Shown one piece after another: positions 1-9,902 of a stretch of DNA of 64,000 bases. The stretch is from contig JBEULP010000117.1 of the NCBI GenBank assembly GCA_041287245.1, positions 64,001 to 128,000 on the forward strand. Direction: 5' to 3'. The translations under genes were made by a program, and so were the position numbers. The notes under the pieces were generated by a model. The model did no database searches. It saw only the letters and a list, made by a program, of their open reading frames with translations, and was not told where the DNA came from. This DNA comes from Infirmifilum sp. (GTDB taxonomy: Archaea; Thermoproteota; Thermoprotei; Thermofilales; Thermofilaceae). Position 1 is the stretch's first letter. Every line of letters begins with the position of its first letter.

Positions 1-261
1 AGAAATATCACAAAGGCCAGGAAATTCTTCGAGGAGAGCTCCGCGGAAGAGATAGGGTATGTGGCGATAAGTCTTGAGCGTGACAAGGAACTAGAGCTGT
101 TGCTTCAACAGTTTAAAGCTAGATACAGCTTGGAGGAAATACCTTATGATACTGAATGCTGGTTAAGTGAATACTCTGCATATCTAGGCTTGCCTCGGGA
201 CAAGGAAAGATTAATAAGTGTTCTCAGGGGGAGGGCTGCCCTCCTCCACCTCTCCCGCTGA
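1..261 (+). CDS. 3' end of a hypothetical protein (truncated by window start)
   Basis: Frame 1 is open from base 1 (RNITKARKFFEESSAEEIGYVAISLERDK...) to TGA at 259-261; overlaps the 3' end of the convergent THUMP gene. Confidence 0.55.
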   Translation, partial: RNITKARKFFEESSAEEIGYVAISLERDKELELLLQQFKARYSLEEIPYDTECWLSEYSAYLGLPRDKERLISVLRGRAALLHLSR

Positions 262-813
262 TACGGGCTTCTGTTTGAGCTTTCGGGCTTCTCTTCTTAG
301 CTTCTCAACAGAGATTATGCTTGAAGGTTTAATAACGCTTAAACCAGCTCTTTCACCTATGACTTCAACTGTTATTATCTTGTCTGGTGTTTCAAGGCTT
401 ACTTTGTTTTGAACATGTGTTGCTATGGCGTCAATTATATCCTCACGTCTAAGCTCAGAGAGCCTCACATGAGCCTCGACTTTATATGTTTCACTAGGCT
501 CTAGCCTTGCGGAGGCAAGCCTGAGAGCAGCATCCCGGATATTCTCGAGAGATGCGTCTACCGTTATTTGGATTGGCGTTACCTTCAATACATATCTAAA
601 GTAGTAAGGGTTCTCCAAGATTTTTTCTCGCATTCTACTTGTAAACTCCTCCGGGTCTAACCCGGTTTTTACGACGATTAATGATGGTAAGCCTGTTTTA
701 CTTGCATCTAAGGCTTTATCTCCAATTTCCCTGGCGAAAAACCAGAGCTCTGAAATGCAGTCGTTTTCTCTCAACCTGTAAGTTGCTACGACGAGGTTAA
801 AGTCTTCCAACAT
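211..813 (-). CDS. Stand-alone THUMP-domain RNA-binding protein
   Basis: YVLKVTPIQ...ETYKVEAHVR...NKVSLETPDKIITVEVIG is the THUMP fold; no catalytic domain attached. Confidence 0.85.
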   Translation of the reverse strand: MLEDFNLVVATYRLRENDCISELWFFAREIGDKALDASKTGLPSLIVVKTGLDPEEFTSRMREKILENPYYFRYVLKVTPIQITVDASLENIRDAALRLASARLEPSETYKVEAHVRLSELRREDIIDAIATHVQNKVSLETPDKIITVEVIGERAGLSVIKPSSIISVEKLRREARKLKQKPVSAGEVEEGSPPPENTY

Positions 814-910
814 TCAAATCACTCAGCCTTTTAGCTTCCCCTAGAGAGTTTCATAATATTAATATATTTGTTGTGTGCCGATAGCGTTTAGTCTAAGGTG
901 GTGGTTTCGG

Positions 911-1186
911 ATGGAGTTTTGCCCTAAGTGTGGCACGCTCATGGTTCCGAAGAAAAAGCCAGAGGGGTTGTACTTGGTCTGTCCCAACTGCGGATACGAG
1001 ATGAAGGCAAAAGATGCGAAAGGCTATTCAACACGGGAAAATGTCTCTGAGGAAAAGAAGACGAAAGTTTCTGTCTTTGACGTCCAAGGAGCGAGAGCTG
1101 ACGAGGAAGAGCGTAGCCAGCTAAGAGAAATATACGAGGTTTTTCTTGAAACACTGGCAGAGGAAGAGGAATCCGGAGAAGACTAA
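911..1186 (+). CDS. TFS/RpoM-family paralogue with N-terminal zinc ribbon only and an acidic tail
   Basis: MEFCPKCGTLM...CPNCGY ribbon; ATG at 911 follows a GGTGGTGG SD-like sequence; no second ribbon. Confidence 0.8.
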   Translation: MEFCPKCGTLMVPKKKPEGLYLVCPNCGYEMKAKDAKGYSTRENVSEEKKTKVSVFDVQGARADEEERSQLREIYEVFLETLAEEEESGED

Positions 1187-1197
1187 AAGCCCTCGGG

Positions 1198-3012
1198 TTG
1201 TCCCGTATGAGAATAGCGGTAGTGGACAAGGCACTCTGTAAGCCGAGCAAGTGTAACCTTGAATGCGTGCGCTTCTGCCCCATCAACAGGGGGGGCGCTA
1301 AATGTGTGTGGATCGATGAAAGTGAAAACAAGGCGAGGATTTCCGAAGAGCTCTGTGTGGGATGTGGAATTTGTATTAAAAAATGTCCCTACTCTGCGAT
1401 CTCAATAGTGAACCTACCCGAGAAGCTCACCAAAAACCTCGTCCACCGTTATGGTCCGAATGCTTTTGAGCTTTTCCGGCTGCCTATACCGAAGGAGGGG
1501 CGGTCGCTAGGTATTCTAGGTAGTAACGGTGTGGGTAAATCAACCTCTCTTAAGATACTCGCTGGGGTTGTGAAGCCCAACCTTGGTAGATACGACGACC
1601 CTCCTGACTGGGACGAGATTATAGACTTTTTCAAGGGTTCGGAGCTTCAACCTTACTTTGAGAAGCTAGCTGCGGGAAAGCTCCGCGTATCATATAAGCC
1701 CCAAGCCATTGATGCGCTGAGGAAATATAATCTCACGGTGGAAGAGGCGTTAAGGAAGGTAGATGAAAAGGGAATTGCCTCTGAGCTTGTGGAGTATCTG
1801 GGACTGAGTAATTTAAAGGAGAGGCTTTTAAGCCAGCTTAGCGGAGGGGAGCTCCAAAAGGTAGCTATAGCTGCCTCCCTAGCGAGAGACGCGAATGTGT
1901 ATCTACTTGACGAACCGTCCAGCTATTTAGATGTGAAGGAAAGACTTCGTGTTGCAAATCTAATCAGAGGGCAGATTGTACCGGGCAGGTATATAATAGT
2001 AGTGGAGCATGACTTAGCGGTTCTAGACTATGTCAGCGACCTAGTTTCAATAATTTACGGCGAGCCGGGCGTATACGGTGTTGTAGGTATTGTTAAGGGT
2101 GCTAGGGCAGGTATAAACTCATATATACAAGGTTTCATTCGCGAGGAGAATATACGTTTCCGCGATTATGAAATAGAATTCCATGAAAGGCCGCCCACGC
2201 CAGAATGGCCCGGGGAAAGTGTGATGGTAAAGTGGAGCAACCTTTCAAAGACTCTCGGCAGCTTTAAACTAAAAGTTGCGGAAGGCTCTGTCCATAGAGG
2301 TGAGGTTGTAGGTATTCTTGGCCCTAATGGAATTGGAAAAACAACCTTTGTCCGGATCATAGCCGGGGAGCTGGAGCCCGACGAAGGTTGGGTTGAGAGA
2401 GCGATTAATGTAAGGCTGAGCTACAAGCCACAGTTCCTGGGGGAAGTCCAGTTCGACGGAACAGTGAGACAATATCTCATGGCTTCAGAGGTTGATACCT
2501 CTTCTCCTCTTGTCCAAGCAGAACTCATGAAGCCGCTACGAGTCCACTCTCTACTGGATCATAACATGCAAGATTTGAGTGGGGGAGAGCTTCAAAGGGT
2601 TCTGATCGTGGCTGCTCTAGGACGAGATGCTGATATTTACCTTTTAGACGAGCCTATGGCTTATCTAGACGTCGAACAAAGATATGCCGTGTCAAAGGTT
2701 ATCAAGAGGTTGACAGCTGAAAAAGGCGTTGCAACCATAGTCGTAGAGCATGACATTGTAGCTATAGATTTCCTAGCAATGACAATAATGGTTTTCCGTG
2801 GAGAGCCAGGATTTAAGGGTGAAGCCCTACCTCCCAGCGATATGAGAAAGGGCATGAACCTCTTCCTTAAAGACATGGGTTTAACATTCAGGAGAGATCC
2901 TGAGACCAAGAGACCTAGAATTAACAAGCCAGGATCCTGGCTGGATAGATATCAGAAAGAGGTTCTAAAAGAGTATTATTACGTGATTATGGAGGAAAAA
3001 GAAGGAGAGTAG
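1198..3012 (+). CDS. rli: ABCE1/RLI ribosome recycling ATPase
   Basis: N-terminal Fe-S cysteines (CKPSKC..C..FCP, CVGCGICIKKCP), two NBDs (GSNGVGKS, GPNGIGKT, LSGGELQ), TFRRD..T.RPRINK tail. Confidence 0.97.
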   Translation: MSRMRIAVVDKALCKPSKCNLECVRFCPINRGGAKCVWIDESENKARISEELCVGCGICIKKCPYSAISIVNLPEKLTKNLVHRYGPNAFELFRLPIPKEGRSLGILGSNGVGKSTSLKILAGVVKPNLGRYDDPPDWDEIIDFFKGSELQPYFEKLAAGKLRVSYKPQAIDALRKYNLTVEEALRKVDEKGIASELVEYLGLSNLKERLLSQLSGGELQKVAIAASLARDANVYLLDEPSSYLDVKERLRVANLIRGQIVPGRYIIVVEHDLAVLDYVSDLVSIIYGEPGVYGVVGIVKGARAGINSYIQGFIREENIRFRDYEIEFHERPPTPEWPGESVMVKWSNLSKTLGSFKLKVAEGSVHRGEVVGILGPNGIGKTTFVRIIAGELEPDEGWVERAINVRLSYKPQFLGEVQFDGTVRQYLMASEVDTSSPLVQAELMKPLRVHSLLDHNMQDLSGGELQRVLIVAALGRDADIYLLDEPMAYLDVEQRYAVSKVIKRLTAEKGVATIVVEHDIVAIDFLAMTIMVFRGEPGFKGEALPPSDMRKGMNLFLKDMGLTFRRDPETKRPRINKPGSWLDRYQKEVLKEYYYVIMEEKEGE

Positions 3013-3070
3013 ATCAATAGGGCTCGCGCTGTGTTTTACTAGAACATTGCAGGGAAACTTGAAAGAACAA

Positions 3071-3087
3071 GGGAAAAGTTTATAAAT
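3071..3087 (+). promoter_or_regulatory. BRE-TATA promoter of alba
   Basis: GGGAAAAG-TTTATAAAT upstream of the AGGTGA SD and ATG at 3135. Confidence 0.6.
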
Positions 3088-3134
3088 TAAGAGCAAAATT
3101 GTGTATCTGCATAAAAATCCATAAGGTGACACGT

Positions 3135-3410
3135 ATGGCAGAGGCAGGAGTAATCTTTGTAGGAAACAAACCAGTAAGCAGCTATGTACTAGCGGCAGTC
3201 ACACAGTTTACAAGTGGAAGCAAGCGCGTAGTATTAAAGGCCAGAGGTCGAGCTATCTCACGAGCCGTGGACGCCGCCGAACTTGTGAAGCGTTTTCTTG
3301 GCGGCAATGTCAGCTACGGAGCCATCAAAATCGGCAGTGAGAAGGTAGGCGAGGCTGGCAAAGAGCGGACGGTTTCTACCATTGAGATCGAACTTGTAAA
3401 GACTGCTTAA
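3135..3410 (+). CDS. alba: Alba (Sac10b family) chromatin/RNA-binding protein
   Basis: IFVGNKPVSSYVLA, KARGRAISRAVD, RTVSTIEIEL; start moved to ATG 3135 after AGGTGA. Confidence 0.95.
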   Translation: MAEAGVIFVGNKPVSSYVLAAVTQFTSGSKRVVLKARGRAISRAVDAAELVKRFLGGNVSYGAIKIGSEKVGEAGKERTVSTIEIELVKTA

Positions 3411-3459
3411 AAGCAACTTACACAGATTTCTTTTTATTCTATGACCAGAAAATACGATA

Positions 3460-5292
3460 GTGTTTACTATGGTACGTTTAACTTCAACCTTAGACAAGGT
3501 TGTCCTGCTGGAGCAGGAGAATATAGAAGTCGATTTTACCATATCGAACGAGGATCCTCGAGAAATTGAAGGAAAACCCTACATCATCCTAAGGGTTCAA
3601 GGTAAGGAAGAGCTATATTTGTTATTTGACGACGTTAAACTAGCACCTGGGGGAAGCCGGGAGTTTAAAGCTAAAATTAAAGTCCCACCTGTTACAGGCG
3701 AAGGCACACTTGGAATATACTTTGAGGAGAGAGGAAAGATTACTGCAAGCAATGAATACCCAGTCTATGTTGCAAAAAAAGGGGATCCTATCTACGTGGC
3801 CTTTGTATGGCACCACCACCAGGCGCCGAACTTCTACCCTGACGGGCACTTCAAAGACCTTTGGGCTTACAAGCATGTTTTTGAGGGCGACTTTTATGGT
3901 CATCCCCAAGGTCCCTACGCTATTCATATGGGCTTTCATCGGCAGTACCCTGATTTCCGAGACGTTGACCACTTTTCCCCCTCACTATTAGAGCAATGGG
4001 AGCTCGTGCTTAAAGAGGAGCCTAATGCACCAGACTATGCCACATCGAGAAGATCCGAGTTAGAATCTCTCGTCTCCACGCTTAAGAGCCTTGCTACTCA
4101 GGGAATTATCGAGCCGCTGGGAAGTGTGTATGCTCACACAATACTCGGCTTTATACTCCGCAAAGCGCTTCAGAAGGGGTTATTCGAGGAGGCGAAAACG
4201 CTGATAAAATGGGAGATATCACAAGGTATGAAGATTGTTGAGCGAGTTATAGGTAGACGTCCTAAAGGGTTCTGGACACCTGAAATGTTCTGGAGCATGG
4301 ACCTTGTAAACATTTACCGTGAAACGGGCATAGAATATACCGTGTTATGTGAACAACACTTCTCAAAGGCTGGTGGTGAAAAAGACTCTATATACACGCC
4401 GTATATTGTTCAGGATCCGGTCACGTCAAGCAGCATAGTTGTCTTCTTTAGAGACCTCGCGCTTAGCAACTGGATCAGCTTTAACGTAGACTTTAAGGAT
4501 CCTCAAGAGGCAGATCTATCCGCTAGAAGGTTTGTCGTGGAGCTTGCGAAAAGAAGGGAGAGTGCGCCGAACGGTATAGTTGTTATAGCCCTCGACGGGG
4601 AAAACTGGATGATAATGCCCTCGTATAGGCGATACGCACCATATTTCCTAGAGAAGATAATTAAATACTTGGATGATAGCAACATTTTAAAGACTATCAC
4701 ACTGGAACAATATCTTGAGAAGCACAAGCCGGAAAGAGTACTTACCTATGTCCCGTATGGTTCCTGGATCAATCTAACCGACCGTCAATGGACTGGCGAT
4801 GGAAAGGACCAGCTTTGGGAGAAAGCCTTCCAGGCTCTTAGCTACGTCTTCTCCCTTTATAAGTCGCTAGGAGAGGATGCGTGGAAGATTTCTCAAGACG
4901 AAAACACCGAGCTCTACAAGGCTTTAAAGGCTTTATCGATCGCCATGGACAGCGATTTCTACTGGTATGGCGAGATCGAGAAAGAAGCTAATTTCATACG
5001 AGTATGGGCTGATACAGCAGTTGAGATTGTTGACAACTTTTTTAAACGTAGCTTAAAGGCGACGATTCTCGACCGAGGCAAGAACCATATTATACTTCAA
5101 CTGGAAAATCACTCCTCACTTCCTCTCCAAGTCACATTAAACGTAGAGGCGAGGAACTATAAAAACGAGACGAAGATAACTCTCAAGCCAAAAACGATAA
5201 AAAAAGTTCCTGTATACACGCCTTCTGGAGATGATACAAAATTCACCTTAAGGGTAGGATCTGTAGAACAGGTTATTCAGGCTAAAGGCTAG
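3460..5292 (+). CDS. Glycoside hydrolase family 57 protein
   Basis: FVWHHHQ, YAHTIL, GFWTPEM (nucleophile Glu), FFRD, ALDGENW (acid/base Asp), GSW and DSDFYWY conserved regions. Confidence 0.9.
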   Translation: MFTMVRLTSTLDKVVLLEQENIEVDFTISNEDPREIEGKPYIILRVQGKEELYLLFDDVKLAPGGSREFKAKIKVPPVTGEGTLGIYFEERGKITASNEYPVYVAKKGDPIYVAFVWHHHQAPNFYPDGHFKDLWAYKHVFEGDFYGHPQGPYAIHMGFHRQYPDFRDVDHFSPSLLEQWELVLKEEPNAPDYATSRRSELESLVSTLKSLATQGIIEPLGSVYAHTILGFILRKALQKGLFEEAKTLIKWEISQGMKIVERVIGRRPKGFWTPEMFWSMDLVNIYRETGIEYTVLCEQHFSKAGGEKDSIYTPYIVQDPVTSSSIVVFFRDLALSNWISFNVDFKDPQEADLSARRFVVELAKRRESAPNGIVVIALDGENWMIMPSYRRYAPYFLEKIIKYLDDSNILKTITLEQYLEKHKPERVLTYVPYGSWINLTDRQWTGDGKDQLWEKAFQALSYVFSLYKSLGEDAWKISQDENTELYKALKALSIAMDSDFYWYGEIEKEANFIRVWADTAVEIVDNFFKRSLKATILDRGKNHIILQLENHSSLPLQVTLNVEARNYKNETKITLKPKTIKKVPVYTPSGDDTKFTLRVGSVEQVIQAKG

Positions 5293-5361
5293 GCTCTGGC
5301 GCGCGAGAAGGGATATAGAACATATTTAATTCCACACATCGTTAATTATAATGGTACTCCC

Positions 5362-6717
5362 ATGACAAATAGTGTTGCTGATGAAGCTCGTATAAGCGCA
5401 TTAACAATAGCTCTTGAAGGCATAAAAGCGGCCGAGCCTGTAAAAGCCGTAAAGAACTTCGTCTCCGTCAAAGATAATTCTATACTATTGAGGGATGGAA
5501 CCATAATCGACGTTAAAGGTAAAATCTACGTGGTGGGTGCGGGAAAAGCCTCTGGCGGGATGGCCGTTGCCTTAGAGGAAGTTTTAGGGGATAGGATCAC
5601 TGGGGGAATAGTTGCAGTACCCGAAGAACTTGTTGATAAATACAGCGTTAGCCGAATTAAACTTATAGGAGCTTCTCACCCGCGGGCATCGGAGAAAAGC
5701 GTCCAGGCTGGGCGCCTTCTATTGGAAAATCTCTCCAACCTTCGCGAGAATGACCTAGTTATAGCCGTGTTCTCCGGCGGTGGCTCTGCACTTGTAGAGT
5801 ATCCTGTGGAGGGAGTCTCTGTCGACGAGATAGGAGAGCTCAGCATGAAACTAATGAAGCGTGGCGCTGACATATTCGAGTTGAATACCGTTCGAAAACA
5901 TCTTTCAAAGATTAAGGGTGGCTGGCTCGCGCGTCATGTAAGACCTGCACGGCTACTCTCACTGATGATCTCAGATGTTGTTGGGGACAGAATGGACACT
6001 ATTGCCTCAGGTCCTACTGTTCCAGATCCTACAACATTCGAGGACGCCTATAACATTCTCGTAAAATATCAGGTATGGGATGAGGCACCTAGGTCTATAA
6101 AAGAATATATTAGGAGAGGTATGGAAGGTCTTGTTCCAGAAACTCCTAAGCCTAATGACCCTGTTTTCGATAACGTATTTAACAAGATAGTGGCCAGCAA
6201 TATATTGTCCCTCGAGGCTATGGCTAGAAAAGCAGAGCAACTCGGCTATAAAGCCATTATTATCACCTCCATGCTTGAGGGAGAGGCGCGAGAGGTAGGA
6301 AAAGTTGTAGCCTCCGTTATCAAGGAAGTAAGGCGGTCCGGGAACCCTGTACAGCCTCCCGCTGTGCTTTTATGGGGCGGTGAAACGACTGTAACGGTTA
6401 AAGGAAAAGGTCTTGGTGGGAGAAACCAGGAGACGGCTCTAAGCATAGCTATAAGTATCAGAGGGATCAAGGGAGTGTCTGTTGCATGCATAGGTAGTGA
6501 CGGGCGCGACGGTCCCACCGATGCCGCTGGAGCGGTTGTCGATGGCTCCACGTATGAAAAAGCACTTTCGTATGGGCTGAAACCTGAAGATTTCCTAGAC
6601 GACAACAATAGTTACGAGTTTTTCGCGAAGGCCGGAGGACACGTGAAAACAGGGTATACAGGTACAAATGTTAACGACTTCATTGTAGCTGTTATAGAAA
6701 ACTTAGAAAAATTGTGA
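5362..6717 (+). CDS. gck: Glycerate 2-kinase (MOFRL family)
   Basis: GAGKA, SGGGSAL, SDVVGD..DTIASGPT, GGETTV, GGRNQE, TGTNVND. Confidence 0.93.
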   Translation: MTNSVADEARISALTIALEGIKAAEPVKAVKNFVSVKDNSILLRDGTIIDVKGKIYVVGAGKASGGMAVALEEVLGDRITGGIVAVPEELVDKYSVSRIKLIGASHPRASEKSVQAGRLLLENLSNLRENDLVIAVFSGGGSALVEYPVEGVSVDEIGELSMKLMKRGADIFELNTVRKHLSKIKGGWLARHVRPARLLSLMISDVVGDRMDTIASGPTVPDPTTFEDAYNILVKYQVWDEAPRSIKEYIRRGMEGLVPETPKPNDPVFDNVFNKIVASNILSLEAMARKAEQLGYKAIIITSMLEGEAREVGKVVASVIKEVRRSGNPVQPPAVLLWGGETTVTVKGKGLGGRNQETALSIAISIRGIKGVSVACIGSDGRDGPTDAAGAVVDGSTYEKALSYGLKPEDFLDDNNSYEFFAKAGGHVKTGYTGTNVNDFIVAVIENLEKL

Positions 6718-6740
6718 GAAATAAAAATTAATTAAGTCGT

Positions 6741-7166
6741 CTAGAAGCGGCGTCTGCCGCCCCTTCTTCCTCCTCTAAATCCAGTATCCTCGAATTCTTT
6801 CTCAGAGATATTATTTTCAGAATTTACCTGTTCAATCTTTTCTTCTGAGGGTTTAATAGAGCCGAAGCGCCCGAGCCCCAGCCTGAGTTTTCCTTGGAAT
6901 AGCGAGACATAGCCGTTGTTTAACGTTACGGTATCACCAACCATGCTTTTGAACTGGTCTATTTCGTTGTCCCAAGCTGTTAAAACAGCTACACCGGTTT
7001 CGTCGCCGACAAGAACATCAGCCACTCGGTGCTCGGAACCATCGCGTCTAGATGTAATCTGTTTCTCGTCGTTAACGTTAAGAACTTTAAATGTTACAGA
7101 GAATCTACGTGTGCTTGGAGTTATGTCTGCAATTTTTACTTCTCTTGTTTCTCCTGTATTATACAT
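6741..7166 (-). CDS. ssb: Crenarchaeal-type single-stranded DNA-binding protein (one OB fold plus RGG tail)
   Basis: VADVLVGDETG..VLTAWD...NGYVSLFQGKLRLGLGRFGSI OB fold; C-terminal GFRGGRRGGRRRF. Confidence 0.88.
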   Translation of the reverse strand: MYNTGETREVKIADITPSTRRFSVTFKVLNVNDEKQITSRRDGSEHRVADVLVGDETGVAVLTAWDNEIDQFKSMVGDTVTLNNGYVSLFQGKLRLGLGRFGSIKPSEEKIEQVNSENNISEKEFEDTGFRGGRRGGRRRF

Positions 7167-7217
7167 TTCTTTCTCTCGTGTCGCCGTTCAGGCGCATTTA
7201 CTTCTACCAAAGGTGGG

Positions 7218-8279
7218 TTATATATGTGTTGTTTTTCCCGTATTTTCTTTAAAACTTTTATAATATCTGATTAAGAGCTCACGTAGCATAACAATAGTTC
7301 CAAAAAGGTCTTTCCGGAGGAATCCTTTTTCAAAAAAGATACGATCAGGCACCTTTCTCCGTCTCTGAATAATCTTTCTGTGGAGCAAGCGGGTAGGTAG
7401 TGTATTCAGAATATTTATGCTCGCTTTAAAATATGCGAGAGCCTCTTTACCCTTTAAACCGAGGGAGAGTAAAACGATATTAATGTAGCCTAGATATAAG
7501 GTGAAGACCACGCTGAAAACCATGTTCTCAGCTTCCAAGTTCTTGAAAATATTAAGGAGTCTGTTTTTAAACCCGAAATAAAGCTTGTCATAGCGTAACC
7601 TGTTCTCGAATTTATCCTCGTGGTAGACGACTGCACTAGGCTCATAACCAACACTGTAACCAAGTAACCTCACCCTCCAACTGTAATCCGTGTCATCATC
7701 ATAGATAAAGTAGGTATCGTCGAAGCCAAGAGCCTCGAAGTATAGGTCCCTCCTCGTAATCATCATAGCTGAGGAGGCTAGGAAAATCTCTAGGGGTCGT
7801 GAAAAAAGCTCAGCACTCTGCCCATACGTCGTAACCCAGGTTCCAGCAACATCCAATCCTAATGACATGTGGTCCATCTTTCCCTCATTACTTCGAGAAA
7901 TCACCTTAGCTTGAACTACGCCCATGAAAGGATTTTTCTCCATAGCTTCTACAAGCATTCTGAGCGCATTGGAACTCACTATCACATCATTATCCATGAA
8001 CACGAGATACTTTGCTGAGGGATCGCTGGCTAAGGCTCCTATATTGTGGGATGCCGATGCACCGATGTTTACGTCGAAGTGAACTATCCTTATTCTCTTG
8101 TCGCCGAACTCATTCCTGATACGCTCTTGTAGTTTTGGAGTCAAGCAGTCTACAACTATTATTTCAAGGTTCGGGTAATCACTTTCTAACAGGCTTTTTA
8201 TACAACTTCTTAGAGGCTCATACGACTTATAGTTGACAATTATGACGCTTACCAGGGGGTTTACATTACCGATCTGCAC
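7218..8279 (-). CDS. GT2-family glycosyltransferase
   Basis: VSVIIVNY, IIVVD, YLVFMDND (DxD), FDDTYFIYDDDTDYSWR. Confidence 0.9.
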   Translation of the reverse strand: MQIGNVNPLVSVIIVNYKSYEPLRSCIKSLLESDYPNLEIIVVDCLTPKLQERIRNEFGDKRIRIVHFDVNIGASASHNIGALASDPSAKYLVFMDNDVIVSSNALRMLVEAMEKNPFMGVVQAKVISRSNEGKMDHMSLGLDVAGTWVTTYGQSAELFSRPLEIFLASSAMMITRRDLYFEALGFDDTYFIYDDDTDYSWRVRLLGYSVGYEPSAVVYHEDKFENRLRYDKLYFGFKNRLLNIFKNLEAENMVFSVVFTLYLGYINIVLLSLGLKGKEALAYFKASINILNTLPTRLLHRKIIQRRRKVPDRIFFEKGFLRKDLFGTIVMLRELLIRYYKSFKENTGKTTHI

Positions 8280-8410
8280 AGTCTAAGTTTTCCCAAGTCT
8301 TTAATATCTTTTACACCCCAATGGACGGGTTATTTGGAACAAGGTTATGCTTCCTATAATTCATGGCAATAAGAATAAAATACTTTGTCTAATAATCCTC
8401 TACGTTTATA

Positions 8411-9505
8411 ATGCTCGGTGCTCTTAAAAAAATAGTAAGGAGGCACATACTCACACTCATCCAGTTGGTATTTGTCTTAGCCTTGGCTGCTTATATACTT
8501 CAAGGCTTCGACGTCAACGAGTTTTTTCAAGCTATATCTCATGCGAAGATACAGCTATTGGCATACCTTGTAATCTTTGAGATTTCCTACTATCTTTTCC
8601 ACGCAATGGCGTTCTGGGCCCTAACCCGCGCGAGGTTCAGAATTAAGGTTCAGGAGGCATTGGGTGGAACCATGCTCGCCTGGCTTGTAGACCTTATCCT
8701 TCCCTCAGCCTTCATAGAAGGAGATATCGTACGGATAGTTTTCCTAAAACAGTACGGTGACTGGGCCACATCGATAAGCTACAATCTCTTCTTCCGTTTT
8801 CTGCTTAATACAACACTTGCAGTCTTTATACTTGCAGCTACAATTTTCGCAATAAACCTAAACGCCGCCCTTGTGAACTACATTTTTCTTTATGTGCTTA
8901 CAGTTTTGTTGGCTTTTCTGAGTGCTTCTCTGATAGCTATCTTCATTTTTGATGCGAAGAAGACACTTCGTATAGTAAGTTTTATTATAAGAAAACTACC
9001 TGTGAAAAAGAAGGAAGTTTTGGAGGAGGAGGCTGACAAGTTCTTAGGCTATGTCTCCGAATCTGCAAAAGATTTTTCAATTTTTAGTCTGAACCTATGG
9101 GTGGCAATCCTATGTCTTTTGGGACAGTGGATAAGCGGTATAATGACTCCTTACTTCTCGTTGAAAAGCGTAGGTGTAGACATTAACCCTGTCTTGATAG
9201 CACCTGGCTATACAATTTTAACAGTATTCTCACTGGCTTCTATTGGGGTGCCCTTTATGGTTGGCAGTGTGGATGTAGCCTTGATTACACTCTACCTTTT
9301 ATTAGGAGTCCCTAAGGAAAGAGCCATAGTAGCAGCCTTTCTAGGTCGCGGTATAACAATTCTGGTAACTCTCTCCCTAATATATCCGATAGGCCTTTAT
9401 TATGGTAAGAAGGTCTTCTCGAAGGGAAATATAGAAGGGTTAAAGGAAGCCATAAGTAATTTTTCAAAGGAATATGGCATAAACCTACCTTTCTTCGCTA
9501 AATAG
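8411..9505 (+). CDS. Lysylphosphatidylglycerol-synthase TM / UPF0104 flippase-like membrane protein
   Basis: About 8 hydrophobic segments; ILPSAFIEGDIVR and PFMVGSVD motifs; divergent from the GT2 gene. Confidence 0.75.
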   Translation: MLGALKKIVRRHILTLIQLVFVLALAAYILQGFDVNEFFQAISHAKIQLLAYLVIFEISYYLFHAMAFWALTRARFRIKVQEALGGTMLAWLVDLILPSAFIEGDIVRIVFLKQYGDWATSISYNLFFRFLLNTTLAVFILAATIFAINLNAALVNYIFLYVLTVLLAFLSASLIAIFIFDAKKTLRIVSFIIRKLPVKKKEVLEEEADKFLGYVSESAKDFSIFSLNLWVAILCLLGQWISGIMTPYFSLKSVGVDINPVLIAPGYTILTVFSLASIGVPFMVGSVDVALITLYLLLGVPKERAIVAAFLGRGITILVTLSLIYPIGLYYGKKVFSKGNIEGLKEAISNFSKEYGINLPFFAK

Positions 9506-9853
9506 TTATCTATTACGGCTATTGAAAATCTCTCGTAGCTCTTTCCGTACTCTCTCGCGAATCCGTTCATCGAGAAATAAGTCGACATCCTTAAGTTCTA
9601 ACAAGGTTGATACGGCTACTACATGGGAGCATATACCTTTCTCTTGGAAGCCCTTACACGTGCATACGAGCTTTCCCCCCTCAACCCGAACAAGGTGTTT
9701 TCCAACCTTACCCATGACATAATAAAGATAAGGGCTAATCCGTACCACTCTTCCCTCAGCTAGTAGCCAAGCTGCCCGGGATATGATTTTATCCATGGGG
9801 ATTTCTTTCTTTTGAACGGCATCTTTACCTGTTAAAGCATTATTGCTCGACAT
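9506..9853 (-). CDS. SWIM zinc-finger protein
   Basis: CTCKGF...GICSHVVA; true start is ATG 9853 or 9796 (the track extension overlaps the divergent gene). Confidence 0.8.
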   Translation of the reverse strand: MSSNNALTGKDAVQKKEIPMDKIISRAAWLLAEGRVVRISPYLYYVMGKVGKHLVRVEGGKLVCTCKGFQEKGICSHVVAVSTLLELKDVDLFLDERIRERVRKELREIFNSRNR

Positions 9854-9902
9854 TACGGTAAACTTTAATCCCCTCTCACTTATTAACTTTGGTGCGTGGC
9901 GT

